This document shows positions 1 to 14,100 of a stretch of 64,000 nucleotides of DNA, in pieces. This DNA is from Antechinus flavipes (taxonomy: Eukaryota). How positions within the stretch are numbered: the stretch's first letter is position 1; each line of letters starts with the position of its first letter. The notes below the pieces were generated by a model that was not told the DNA's origin, made no database searches, and saw only the letters and a program-made list of their open reading frames with translations. The translations under genes and the position numbers were made by a program. The DNA is taken from assembly GCF_016432865.1 (NCBI RefSeq), contig NC_067400.1, forward strand, positions 556,884,001 through 556,948,000, written 5' to 3'.

Positions 1-503
1 CACAGTGCCCAAGTAAGTCTTAAATGCTTAATGACTGGTTATGCTGATAAATTCAAGGATTAGGACCAAAACAAACAAAATTCTCTCAAGTCATTGGAAA
101 TAAGAGTAACAACAACAAATAATAATAATAATAACAATAAATGATAATATAGTAACTATTGATGTTTATACAGTGTTTTAAAATTTGCAGTGATTTATAT
201 ATATTATTCCATTTCAATGACTGCAATCACACAATAACTCTATGATGTGTATATTATGCATGTTTTAATCCTCATTTTACAAATTAAGAAATTGTAGTTT
301 AGTAAGGTTAAATGATTAACTCAAGGTCACACTTAAGCTAGTAAATCTCAGAGACAGGATTGAGATCTAGGTCTTCCTGATTTCCAGGATTCCTTTCCCT
401 GTCGGATCATGTATGTATGGACTGGTATGTGATTGAATTGATCATGATCTGTATTGGAAGCTAACTTTGGGGTATTCTTTCCAACAACAGGCAGAGCTGA
501 TCT

Positions 504-1454
504 ATGGGAATTTTGGATAATGTCACTCTTTTCCCTTCACCCTTTTTCCTGACGGGCATCCCGGGTCTAGAAGCACAGCACGGCTGGCTGTCCATCCCCT
601 TCTTTGCCATGTATGTGGTGGCGATTGTGGGCAACACTCTGATCCTGGCAGCAGTGCGAGTGGATTCCTCTCTACATGAGCCCATGTACTTGTTCCTATC
701 CATGCTGGCCATCACGGAAGTGGGTGTTTCTATCTCCACATTGCCCACTGTGATGGGCATTCTCTGGTTTGATACCCGTGAGATAAGCTTGGGAGGCTGC
801 CTGGCTCAGATGTTCTTTATCCACACTTTCTCATGCATGGAGTCTGGTGTCCTTCTAGCTATGAGTTATGACCGCTATGTGGCCATCTACAACCCACTGC
901 GATACACGACCATTCTGACCCTGCCCCGAATTGTCAGCATGGGCTTAGGCATCACGTTGAAGAGTGTGGCATTCATGGCCCCACTGCCATTTCTACTGCA
1001 ACGCCTGCCCTTCTGCCGGGCCAATGTCCTTTCCCATTCCTACTGCCTCCACTCAGACCTGATCCAGCTACCTTGCGCCGACACCACCATCAACAGCATC
1101 TTGGGCTTGTCCATTGTCCTGGCTTCCTTTGGGCTCGATTCCTTGCTCATTGTCTTTTCCTATGCCTTGATCCTCCGTACTGTATTGGGCATCGCCTCAA
1201 AGGAGGGGAGGCTGAAGGCTCTGAATACTTGTGCCTCACACATCTGTGCTGTGCTCCTGTACTATGTGCCTATGATAGGCGTGTCTGTGATGCACAGAGC
1301 AGCCAAGCATGCCTCGCCCATTGCCCACACTCTCATGTCCAGTGCCTACCTCTTCGTGCCCCCTGTGCTAAATCCCATCATCTATAGTGTCAAAACCAAA
1401 CCCATCCGCAAAGGAATTCTTTCCCTCTTCTCCTGCAAGAAGGACCTGCCCTAA
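504..1454 (+). CDS. Class I olfactory receptor, OR51 family (316 aa, intact)
   Basis: Intronless ORF with OR motifs GN, LHEPMY, M(S)YDRYVAI, SHSYCLH, KALNTC, PPVLNPIIYSVKTK. N-glycosylation site NVT near the N-terminus. Pyrimidine-rich acceptor ...ctttccaacaacAG at 489-490. Confidence 0.96.
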   Translation: MGILDNVTLFPSPFFLTGIPGLEAQHGWLSIPFFAMYVVAIVGNTLILAAVRVDSSLHEPMYLFLSMLAITEVGVSISTLPTVMGILWFDTREISLGGCLAQMFFIHTFSCMESGVLLAMSYDRYVAIYNPLRYTTILTLPRIVSMGLGITLKSVAFMAPLPFLLQRLPFCRANVLSHSYCLHSDLIQLPCADTTINSILGLSIVLASFGLDSLLIVFSYALILRTVLGIASKEGRLKALNTCASHICAVLLYYVPMIGVSVMHRAAKHASPIAHTLMSSAYLFVPPVLNPIIYSVKTKPIRKGILSLFSCKKDLP

Positions 1455-4400
1455 GGACTTTTCTTGGCTAGAGGCAGAGACATTGTTAGTCAGCTGGCAT
1501 GGGTATAACTCTTTGCTAAACAGGAAAAAAATGTGCTAGTACTACAGCATGTATTATTCGATTATAAATTGCTTTGTACAGGTTACAACTTGTTTCATGG
1601 ACTAATCTTGGTTTTTCAATCAGATTGGGAGCCTCCTAATGTATGTGTAGGGGAGAAAAGGGGCCAGGATCAAGGTTTCTTCCTTTCTAGTACAGGTTAT
1701 TTTCCACCTGTAAAAACTTCTTAATTCACTGACATGCAACAGAGTCCTATTCATTTGGAATTATGTTGGGGGAGAGGGAAGAGAAAAATAGTGTTTTCAA
1801 AAATTTTAACCTAATGGTTAAAATTTTTGTCTGAATGGCTTCTAGATGCATATGTGTTGGAGTGAGGGGAGGAATCAGGTGATCTACACTCTCCTTTCAG
1901 AAATGAAGATGAGCATACTCAAGAGGCCCAACCTTTGGTATGTCTTGGAATTGCCTGGGTCTGATCATCTCTACCTCCTAAAAGGAAATGGAGGAAGGAA
2001 GAACTTCTGTGTGGGAATAATTTTATTTGATTCTTATGTTTTGTTATTTTGATGTGTTCCAGAAAATAAGACCATTTCCTTCTATAAAGAAGGCAGAAAA
2101 AGATGATTGGAAATGAAACCAGTAATATTTCCTTTGCTGGCTTTAAAAGAGAGGGAAAGATAATAACGGAGCTACGTTATACCATGACTTCATATCTTTC
2201 AGTTTCCTTTGTGTGTTTGGTTTGTGCTTATATTTTATTTAGGAAAGACTTAAAATGAAGACAAAATTTAACTTATCTTGTGCAATTAGATCAGAGGTAG
2301 GCTGAAACATTGCAAAGAATGCTACTAATTATCAGAGAGACCCTACTGAAGTCTAAAATTCATTTTGAGGGTCCCGGGTCCCTAGAACTTGGAATTTAAG
2401 GTAAACAAGTAAATATTAGTCACAGAGAGGGCAAGTCTGTTTCTCATTGCTCTTAGAACCAAAATAAAAAAAACCCAAAAAAGTTAATATAGTCTGTGAA
2501 TAGAATGCTAGTCCTGAGGTCAGAAATTATTGTTGTTTGGTCATTTCAGCTTTATCTGATTCTTTATGACCCCATTTGAGGTCCTCTTGTCAATGAAACT
2601 AAGCTGTTTTCCAGTTCCTTTTCCATATCATTTTACAGATGAAAAACGGAAGCAAACAGTGTTAAGTGACTTGTTTCCAACCACACAGCTAGTAAGTGAT
2701 TGAGGCTGGATTTGAACTTATGCAGATGAATCTTCCTGGAATCAAGACCTGAATTCATATCTGATCCCAGGTACACATTAGTTGTATGAGTTGGGTGGTC
2801 ACTTCACCTCTGTCTCCCTCATTTATGAAATGAGGATAATAACAGAACCCATAATCTATGGTTGTGAAGATCAAATGAGATAATATGTTTAAAGTGCATA
2901 GCACCTCTTATATACAAAGTGTTTAATAAATGTTTATTTCCTTCTTGCCAGGGTTTCAAGGTCCCCCTAGATACTGAATACCACCCTCTACTGGATGCTT
3001 TCTAGCTTTTCAACATCCCTGTGAAATTGTGGTGTACAAATATAATTCTCCTAATTGTGGCTAGGTTAGGACACAGTAGAGAGAACTGTCACTTCTCTTA
3101 TTCTTATTCTGGAGGTTGGTCTCTCAACAAAGCCTAAAAGAGCTTTAATTTTTTTTTTTCCCATAGATAGGACATGTCACACTATTGGACACATTTTGAA
3201 CTTGGAAGACCAACATGTTTTTTTTTTTCCTTTTTTAATACAGAAAGATATATCTGACCTAACAGGACTCACATAGTGTTTCATTTACATTACTTTAATG
3301 CCATTGCATTTAACCGTGAAATATTGGTGATGAGTATATACCTATTAGATTGCATGCTATTTTTGTGGGAAAGAATAACTATAATAACTTGTTTAAACTT
3401 TGTATCTCCTTCAGCACCAAGCATAATGTTTTGTACATAGTAGATACTCAATAGGCAAGTTAAAGGCTTTTGAAAAAATCAACCATTGCAAATTGAAAAT
3501 GGAAATGGTTTGAATAAATTCTTCTTAAAAATTACAAGGATTTCAGTGAAGTGCAGCATAAGATGTACAATATGGTGGCCAAAAAGGAATGCAATTTTAG
3601 CCTTCATTAAAATAAGAATAGTGTCTAGGATGGTGGCAGTATTTTGCCCTGATGGCACCTCTTGTAGACTATTATATGCAATTCTGGTTATCATATTTGA
3701 GGAAATGCATTAATAAATGGGAAAACCAGAGGTAAGCAATCAGGAGGATAAAGGGCTTTCAATTCATGTCTCATGAGGGTTGATTGTAAAGTTGTAAAGA
3801 AGCTAATCTGATCTTAGTGGAATGAAAGCTGCTTAATCATTAGACTTGTAAAAAAGTAAAATAAACTTGTTTAGAAGACATGGATGTTCCCAAGATGTCA
3901 GAATGTCTAGATAATCACCTATTAGTTATGATGTAGAGGAGATTCTTTTTCAGACTGAGCTAGATAGACTACATGAACTAGTTACCCAGGTTCTCAGAGA
4001 CCCCTTATAACTCTGTGATTCTGTTGTTGATTAATTAATAGCTTGCTCCGATAATCAGGTTTCTATATTTTTGTCCATACAATTTTATCTTTCTAGAATG
4101 ACATCCCTACCATCTTCTCCTATTGAATGTTATCCAATTTTTAAAAATCATCTGAAATGCCAGCACTCCAAGGGATTTTTTCCTAAAAATCAGAGATGCA
4201 TTAATTATAATTGTTGTCTCCTTTCCCATTTTACCTTTCTTGGAGTTTTAATAACACTTTGTAAATAGACAGGATATGCTATAATACAGGAATTTTTAAT
4301 CTTTTGTGTCATGGACCCTTCTGAGAATGTTTATAAATTTATAAAATAAATAATTGAACAACAAAGGAAATCAATTATATTGGAATGAATATTTATTTTT

Positions 4401-7400
4401 TTCACCATCCACATTCATGGGCTTTAGGAAATATATATCTACAAATCCCTAAGAGTCAAGGATCCCTCAATAGTACAAATTATATTAAACATGAGTTTGG
4501 AAAGCACTAGGTGAGAATTCTTCTTCTGGAGGGCATTTCCTGACTGTGTGACCATTTGCAAATCTAACTTTTCTGGGACTCCTCTATGAAGTGGGATTAC
4601 TAATAACTATGGCACCTGCTTTGAAGATTTGTTACAATTGTTGTGAGTATCCTGTAAACTTTAAGGTGCTATATCAAGTTGATGATTATTTTGCCTTTCC
4701 AATGATATTATATTCATTTTTTCTATATGTTAAGTTGTTTGTATGCTTGCCCCATACTTCTGATTAGGAGTTTCTTAGTATCTATGAACTTATTTCATCT
4801 AAATTTTATATTCCCTACTTCCTCATATCTTATCCTTCATCTATCACCTCCACCTACCATAGTCCTTTGCATTTAATAAGCGTCCAATAAATGTTGGCAA
4901 AATCACAACAATAAAAAATAAATAACAGTCTTTATATAATATATTAAGGTTTGCAACATTTAGTCACAACAGTCATGTGAGGTAAAGGCTATTATTATCC
5001 TCATTTTACAAATAAAGAAACAAAAGATCAGAGGAATTATGTGATTTGTCCAGAGTTGCACACAGTTTAAGATAGGATTCAGACTCACATTTTCTAGCCT
5101 CTGTGTTACCTACGAGCCAAATTCCCTGGGGATTTGGAGTGGAAGCAGGGATAAGATTCTTCCATAAAAACAGAAATGATCAACTTTAAAAAGTCTTATA
5201 AATGTTACATAATTCATATAATGATGACAAACATGGGTTTTGTTGTTGTTGCTTTTTTGTCAAGGGAAAGAGATGACAAAACTGATCAAATACATTAATC
5301 AATGTTAATCATAAAATCAAAATTAAATAAAATTGTTCCTTTTTTTATTTACAGTTTGTGATCCAAACAAAAAGAAAAAAATTTGTGATCTAAATGTTTG
5401 TGGAAGAATATATTTTCAGATGGGTCTGTTTTAAGATTTGTTTAGAAAACTCTGTTTTCGAAAAAAAATTCATAATTTAAAAAAAGAATTCAAATTTCCA
5501 GTAGAGAATGAATTTTGATATGTAAGAGATAGTAAACCATTTATCAGAAATGGGAGGATGACCTGGAAATGAGAAACTACAGTGATAGCTCTATTTTTCC
5601 TGCTGAATTACCTATCAACCTCCTCCTCCCCCCATTATCTTAATAATACAATTAATGAGAATATAAAGCCTGAAGCCTACTTTTTGATTCTTGACTTCAG
5701 AAAAGGACAAGATGTTGCCTATAGATTAGGAAATATTCAAAATGATGGTTGAATTTAAATAGAATTAAATTCTAAAATAGCAAACTTGACTAGTCCCTCA
5801 CCTAACCTGTTTGTTTGGAGGATGATTTAAACAGATAGAAAGTCTCCAGGGAGCCCAGAGCTTCAACTGCTGTAGCCTGGGAAAAGCTACCAATCCAGGT
5901 CCCTTTGCTCATTGGGTTGGTAGCAGTTTTTTGCCTCAGATTTAGCTGGTGTAAATGGATGGGTATGGAGGACAAATGACTTTTTTTTTTTTATTTGTTT
6001 ATTCTGTTTTTGTTTTTGTTTTTGTTTTATTTTTTATGTTTCCCTTCCCAGCAAGTAGTACAGTGTTTTGTATAGGAGTTTATTAAATATTTAGTAAAAT
6101 ATTTAAATTAAAAAAAAACAAACACATTTTGAGGCATTGATAATGGTTCATATAAAAATAAGTAAATCCCTAACAGAAATGTAATATTCAGAATGAGTCC
6201 TCTTGTTCTTTAAGCCCTAGACTCTTTGATTTGGAAGAAACCTTAGAAGTTACTGGGTTGACATCACATCTAAAGAGGATGTCCTCTACAGCAGGGGTTT
6301 GTCTCATTTTGGCAGTTTGATAAAGCCTCAGAATATACACATTCATACACACACATGCACACAAACAATACACACACACATACATATATGTACATTTATT
6401 ACACACACATACATTTTAATCCATAAAATAAAATGCATAGGAAGAAAAAGGAAACCAGTTTTTATTGAGATGGTTATCAATTTTTAAAAAATAAGTTCAC
6501 AGATCTCAACTTTAGAATCCCTCTTCTACCATATATCTACTCTTTCCCAAATGACTCGTAAATCTTTCATTATCTGTGGTTTACCTGGAAAGGGTCCACC
6601 CTTTCCTAAGGTGCACCTTAGTGACACTAAGTGGAGCTCCTTATGATTTTCATCATTCCCTGGCCATCACTCTCCGTTATGTGTCAACCACTCCTACTAA
6701 AATGAAGATTCCTATGGTCAGACTTTCTTTTATATATCTATCTCCAGCCCACAGTGGATGGTGTGCTTGAAACTTAGTAACTACTCAATAAATGATTTTT
6801 AAGTGCTTATTCATTCATTGATTCACTCTGTGCCCTGCAGTGAAAGGAAACCCTCCTCAATCAGCATTTTCACTTCTATACCTGCTCAGTATTAGAGTGT
6901 TTCTCTTTTTCTTGAGTTGTGATCTTTCTTTCTGCAACTTCCTTTCATTGCTATTTCCATGGTTTATAAGACTAGTTTATTTTCTCTTTCATCAATTTCT
7001 TGAAAATAGCAGTGCTGTCCCTCACAATCCAGAGTAAATGTCCCCTGGGTATGATTGGCCTCCAGGACTTTCACTATCTTAAGTACCCTCCCAGAGAACT
7101 GGCCAGTTTATCTTTGTCTTTCCTTAAATATGGACATACTATTCCAAACTTATTATGATGAAGGCAGAATACTGCTGGACTATCACTTTCTTACTTTTGT
7201 TTTTCTTAATGAGGCTTCATTCCTCTCCAGGCTCCACTCCTGACTAATAACTTACCAATATTGTGATCTAAGACAATACCGAAGGACTAATGATGAAGCA
7301 TACTATCCACTTCCAGAAAAGAACTAATATTGTTTGAATGCAGCCTGAGCTTTGCTATTTTTCACTTTTTTTTGTTTGAGTCTTCTTATGCAAAATGAAA

Positions 7401-7561
7401 TATTTTACATGATTGCATATGTATAATCTCTGATTGCTTACTGACTGTCCCTGTTTCAGCTTTCTTTTATGTGTAATATTTCCTTATTAGAATGTAAGCT
7501 TCTTTACATAAGAAGGTAATTAGAGGATATTGTCTTTATTTCTACTTGTATGTAGATTCTA

Positions 7562-7797
7562 GGGGCAGCTAAATAACATAATGGATAGAGTGCAGGGACT
7601 GGAGTCAGGAACATTCCTCATCCTGAATTCAAATCTAGCCTCAAACATTTTGTAGTGGTTTAATCCTAGGCAAGTCATTTAAGTCTATTTTCCTCAGTTT
7701 CCTCATCTGAAAAATAAACTGGAAAAGAAAATAGCAAATCACTCAAGTATCTTTGCAGAGAAAATCCCAAATGGAATATTGAAAACAACTGAACAAC
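7562..7797 (+). mobile_element. Mar1-type CORE-SINE (similar copies near 2530-2745, 38296-38500, 39925-40085, 51960-52220, 62500-62735)
   Basis: tRNA-like head, CORE (ctcagtttcctcatctg) and RTE-like tail (gcaaa..actc.agtatctttgc.aagaaaa.ccc.aaatgg). Confidence 0.75.
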
Positions 7798-10142
7798 CAC
7801 ACAAATATTTGGAGCATTTAGTACAATGCCTAACACATAGTAAGTGTGCAATAAATTCTTGTTAATTGACTGACTTTTTAAAAACTATCACGTATCGACA
7901 TATATTGAACTTGTATTTCACCAAAGAGATTTGGATTTTATTTTCGTTTTATCCCATCTTTATAATTTTTATATGGTTTATGTTTTTGTGTATTTTGCAA
8001 AACTGTAACTAGGATGGGGCAACAAGAATATTGCCTCAGGATGATGAAGTTAAAAGCATAGACAGCATGTTTTTACCAAGTAAAAACAACCTCTAACTCA
8101 AATAAGAAATTGCCATGTTGTCCTTCCTTCTTTTTTCCAATATCACACACACACATATATAAACACACACACACACACACACACATACACATATATGAAC
8201 ATACACATATAAAAACACTTTTCAGAAGATAGTAAGGTACAGAAATAATGGGGTGAAAGACCATTAAAGGGAAGAAATATAGATCTCTTCTACCAACCTA
8301 TCAGTGCCCCCAGGACCAAATCCTAGTCAATCTGTTGTAGTTATATCTCTCTATATGGAGTTTTAGCACAATTTATCATAGAATTAATAATTATCACTCT
8401 CATTATGAAAATTTGTTTTCTTCTTAGGGGATTTCATGCTAAACTTTTATTTCAAAACCAAAAGTTAAAACAACTCTTACTTACATAGTTTTACAAATTC
8501 AATGGCCCTTTTCCTTCCCTTTTTACTTTGTGTCATATTAACCTATTCTTATTCTGCTAATGCAAATTATAGAAACAATCTTCTGATTCCTTCAATTAAA
8601 CATATTTGCTAGGTACCTGCTAGATGTGTGATGCTATTTTTGGTTCTGGGGGAGATGCCAGGTATATTTCCTTGCTTCCCATAAGTTCTAGGACACTGTG
8701 TTCACTTTTGGCATTCTAACCTCTCAGATAGCTTAAGTAAAATATGCTATCTATGCTTAGGGAAAGAATTGATTGTGTCTGAATATTGATTGAAGCATAC
8801 TTTCTTTAAATTTCAGGTTTTTTTGGTGGAGGAGAGATTTATGCTTTCACAACATGACTTTTTTGGAAATGTTTTGCATAACTTCACATATGCCTTCTCA
8901 ATGGGGAAGGAGGGTGGGAAAAGAGAAAGGTAGAGAATCTGGAACTCAAAATTTTAAAAACAAATATTGAAAATTGTTTTATATCTAGGAAAAATAAATA
9001 TTAAATAAATGAAAAAAATAAAATAAATGTAAACTTTCTATAATTATATAATTATAAATATTATTCTATTGTTCTAAAATTATCTATTTTACATATTAGT
9101 CAATTGATCAATCAAAAAGCTTTTAAAATATCTACTATGTGCCAGGCATTGTGATAGGAATTGAGAATACAAAGACAAAAATTAAGTAGTGCCTCCCCTT
9201 AAGGAACTTCAAATTTTATCAGGGGAAAAATGCACACACATAAATATATATATAGCTTATCAGGATTTGCACTAGATCTATGCTTTCATTGATTCAGAGA
9301 AGTTGTGGATGAGGAATCTCCCTTTACCAAGGAAAGAATCAGAATCAAATAATTTGGGAATTAGAAGGTATGTCAATGATCAGCAAATAAGAATCATACA
9401 AAAAATAAATCTTCATACCAACCAAATAATTGTATAGACTTTGTTAACATCCTCTTTGAGATTTCTTGTCTTATAAAGATATCTGGAGCAAGACATGCCC
9501 AGGGGTTACAAAATTAGTACATATCACAGGCAAGACTTACACACAGGTTTCTTGGGCTCCAAGGCCTGTTTCTTATCCACTGTACTATAAGGCCTCTTAT
9601 AAATAAGTATATGTCAAGAAATACAAATTTATAATGATTTAGATTGTATCTTATTTCCTTCTACATAAATTTTATAGTATACTAGCATGTTAATGCTCAT
9701 TTTGTAAGACTGGTTTATAATTTGTACATCTTTGTTTTTATGATAATAGTTAACATCTAAAATTTATTTGAATCCAGTCTTTGGTAAAGTTTATATCTTT
9801 ACAGTGTTTCTGTGGGACAGGATGACTCACCAAGGATTCATTTTATGGCACAGCTTCAGAATAGCATTCTTTTAAAAAGTAGATTTTAAAATGGAAAAAT
9901 AGTCCCTTTAGAGAAAACAAACATATAAATGAGTAGAATTGTGTGCTGTAATCTGTGACTTAGTGAGCCACACTACAGAAGTTTGTCCAATTAAATTAAA
10001 TAACTGATCTATCATCTAACTTTCCTTGTCCTCACAGTAGCACCCTATCCAAATAGAAGGTATAGAAGATATGAAAAGATAAGCTTCTTATGCTTCTTCT
10101 TCAAATCCAGACTCACAGCATATAACATTGGGAACTGGTGTT

Positions 10143-11105
10143 TCATCTCAGCTCTCTCTGAACAGAGCTTGATATTGAGAAAATTCTGATGAGCCTCCAG
10201 CGGATCTCTTTGGTCTTGATGGAGTAGATGACAGGATTGAGCATGGGAGGAACAAAGAGGTAGATGAAAGACATGACTGTATTTAGAAATGGAGGGGCAT
10301 TCTTCCCAAAACGATGGGCCATGGACACACCCACCATGGGTACATAAAAGATGAGAACAGCACAAATATGGGAAACACATGTATTAAGTGTCTTAAGTCT
10401 CTCTTCCTGAGAGGCAATCGCCAATACAGAACGGAGAATGAGTATGTAGGAGAGGAGAATGAGGGCAGAGTCCAGGCCAAAAGCAGAAACCACAATGCAA
10501 AGGCCATAGATGCTGTTTGGAGTGCTATCCCCACAGGGTAGGTGGATCAAATCCGGGTGCAGGCAATAGGCATGGGACAGGGTGTTGTCTTTGCAGAAGG
10601 GCAGACGCTTCAGGAGGAAAGGAAGTGGGAAAACCATAAAGAAGCTTCGGAGTACAATTGCCAAATTCATTTGGGTAACTCGTGTATCAGTGAGGATGGT
10701 AGAATACCGTAGTGGGTTGCATATGGCTATATAGCGGTCAAAGCTCATTGCCAAAAGAATTCCTGACTCTGTCCAAGAGAAGAAATGGATAAAGAACATC
10801 TGGGCCATACAAGCCTCAAAGGCAATCTCTCTAGCATGGAAACAAAAGGTGGCCATTACAGTGGGCAGTGTGGACAATGACACACCCAGATCATTGACTG
10901 ACAATACAGCAAGGAAGTAGTACATAGGCTGATGAAGACTTTCTTCCTCCTTAACAATGAAGAGAATCAGGGAATTACCCACAATAGAAACAGAATAGAA
11001 GGCACCAAATAGCAGGAATATCCACTGCTGGGAGATTTCAAGTCCTTTGAAGCCAGTTAGTATGAAAGGGGGTAAACGAGAGTCATTGGTGAAGAAACTT
11101 TCCAT
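10143..11105 (-). CDS. Class I olfactory receptor, OR51 family (OR51K-like), 320 aa, intact
   Basis: LHQPMY, FSWTESGILLAMSFDRYIAICNPLRY, HAYCLHPD, KTLNTC, PPMLNPVIYSIKTK. Acceptor-like polypyrimidine tract plus TAG at 11133-11135 (minus strand). Subfamily assignment is from memory only. Confidence 0.96.
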   Translation of the reverse strand: MESFFTNDSRLPPFILTGFKGLEISQQWIFLLFGAFYSVSIVGNSLILFIVKEEESLHQPMYYFLAVLSVNDLGVSLSTLPTVMATFCFHAREIAFEACMAQMFFIHFFSWTESGILLAMSFDRYIAICNPLRYSTILTDTRVTQMNLAIVLRSFFMVFPLPFLLKRLPFCKDNTLSHAYCLHPDLIHLPCGDSTPNSIYGLCIVVSAFGLDSALILLSYILILRSVLAIASQEERLKTLNTCVSHICAVLIFYVPMVGVSMAHRFGKNAPPFLNTVMSFIYLFVPPMLNPVIYSIKTKEIRWRLIRIFSISSSVQRELR

Positions 11106-14100
11106 GTTGGGATTTTTGATCAGACTATATAACTACATTTCAAGGAAATGAAAGGAAGAGGTATATCATTATCAAATACTTAAGTGTAACCATCAAGGTC
11201 ATACATCAAAGTTTATCTTCCCCTATTCTGTAATGTATACATTATGCTTCAGTTACATGTGTCAATCATGGTTCCCTATCCTTAATCTCTTTCATTTATA
11301 TTATTATGCATCTAGAATACCCACCCTTTCCTTCTACCCTCATATAAGACTTGCTTTTAGACCTCTCTTAAAATTCATCTCTTCTAAGAAACCATCCTAG
11401 TACAACTCCAACAGGATCTCCTCTCTTCCTGTTCATTATCAGAATTAAAAGTCATAATAATATTAATCAACATTGCACTTTTATTGGGATATATATGTAT
11501 ATGTATGTATGCATACATAAGTGTGTGTATGCTGAAAGATTTAGTAATTCATAGACACATCCTGCCCAAGAACAGAAACAGTAGTAACAGACATATCCTC
11601 TGATATTCAGACAAAAACTCATCAAATATCAATAATAATATAAGGTGAAATAAATATGCTAATGTAAGATGTTAAATATGTGTAAAAAGTGAGGATATCT
11701 GAGATGGCATTCATAACAATAAAATGGCTATACTTTATCCAAGACTTAGAAAGCATTATGAAATTAATAGAGATAAAAGCAAATGTTTGTGCTCAAGGTA
11801 AAAAAAAATCAATTTCACTATCTTATCTAAACAACAATGTTAAAAACAACAACAACAATAGCAACAATTTATGGGTTAGTGTATCAAGTTGAATATGAAT
11901 CAACAATGGCACATTAGTATCAAAAGATCTGGTATGATTTTAGTCTTTATTAAGAAAGACAGTATATAAACAAGGGAGTGATGGTTCTCTGTTCTCATTC
12001 ACCATATTTATTGAATTATGGGGATGCAGAATATCTCAGTAAAATAGCTTATTTTATTTTATCCCAAAGGGCATAAATGCCCCTTGAAATGTTGAAAATG
12101 AAATAATGTCCTTTAAAAAATAAATAAAAAATAATAATTAGCATCTTTCTTATTCTGAATTATGAATGGTGTAAGGAACTCCTTTTTCCAAGGTAGATTG
12201 GCTACTTTTGTGATGTTCAGTGTCTTTATGACTTGCCTTGGAACACTGAGAAGTTAAAAGATTTGCCTAAGCTCTATTAGCCAAAATAAGTCAGAAGTAC
12301 ATATTAAGTGTCTATTGTAAGCCAGAAACTATAATGGGCCCAAAGAATATAAATATAGCAAATGACTATCTCTATCTGAAAGAAGTTTCCATTCTAATAG
12401 GAAGACAACAGGGATATACAGTGAGTCCCAGAACTCTTTGGGTACTTTTAAACTATTTGTTTATTAGACTGAGCTTAAATTACTAATATTTAAAACCGAA
12501 CTTAGATTTTGGGGAATCCCCTGTCTCTATAGAATTAAAGTGATTATAGAAAGAATAAATACATTAGGGAAATTATTTTGACTGATTTGTGAATGGAATG
12601 GAGATGACTGATCTGAGGCAGGGTGAGCTTCCAACAGAACTGGAACTAGAAAAGTGACAATAGGAGTGACAAAAAGTGCTCTGTGTGGAGAAATATTGCA
12701 GAAAAAGATTGAACATAATATGGCAACTGATTGGCTAGTGTGAAGTATAGGGAGAGAACAGAAATATTTAAGTCTCTAATTTGGATCCTGAGTGACTAAG
12801 AGGAATGACACAATCAGCAGAAGCAGTGGAGTCAAGTTGGAGAAGAATTCACTCTAGGGTGAGTTAGATGAGGTGATAAAAGGTAAACGTGGATTACAGA
12901 CTTTTACTGGGTCTTATTAACATGGGCCTTGAAATAACTGTACTAATGTGTCAGAGTGGAACAATAGCTAACTAATCAGAAAGACATCAAAATCTCAGAG
13001 CTGCTGGACATGGTACTGATCCTTTGCAAATGAACTTTAGCTGAATTTGGAGATGCTTGTAGCTGCCAGAAATCAAACAGCTCACGGAAAGCACTTGCAG
13101 ACTCCGGACTTTGCTTAAGACTTTCTAAACATCCTGGCTAATTATGTCTAGATATCTTTTCCCTTAACAACCAGAAACTATATTATCTCATTCTTTTCCA
13201 CTTTCCTTTTGAGCAGCTAAGAACTCTTTTCTTCTCTGCTCCCTTGTAGTATTTCTCTCCCTTACAAGTTCTCAGACAATAAAGGCTTTTAATTGGGGTA
13301 TCTGACACTCATTTCAGGTCCCTATGTGGCACATAGGTTCTTTTGCAACAGTCTGTAAAAGTGGCTTTTGATTTTAGGGAAAGTTCTTGGTTTGAGATTA
13401 TTCTTCTAAGGAAGGAAGTGTCCAAAGTTTATTCAGACCCATCCACCTAGCAGATTCTATATACTTGGGCAGATATTTATTACTAGGGAAGGAAGCATTA
13501 AGTACTTACCTTTGGTGCTGTGGCTTAAAGGGCAAAGGAAGGGGTATTAGGTAAAAACAGCATTGATGTCAGTTATTGCCAACCCTCTACATAAATTATG
13601 TAGAATTCTAGTACTAAGAGCTTTCTTTTTAAAGAAATAACAGGGTTGTCTCCAGGGCCTATAATGATTTAGGGACCCAGAGGCCCTGAGGTCTGCTCAC
13701 TCTACCAAGGATGAGTAGAAAGTTGAAAGGAAGAAGGAAGGTAAAGAGGGATTTGTGGATTCTTGGAGTCTAATCTGGCAAAGTCAGTTTGGCCAAGATT
13801 CCTGTCTGTCCAGCATAATTACCAGCTATCTCTGACCAAATTAACAATGCTTAATGTTAATCATTAGTACAGTTTTATCCATGATTTTATTCCTTCTAAA
13901 CAAATGAATATGTACACATGGGAGCACAGATAGAACTCTGCTCAAAGTGGACATAAGCAGCAAGGGTTAATAAAGCAAAATTCATAGAATTGGGGTTGTG
14001 GTGTAATCACTTTATCAGGTCATCTCTGGGCAGGTTTGTTTTTTAGGAATTGGGAGTTGATACAAATTTGTCTGAGTTGATTATCTGGCATAGTGGGAGA

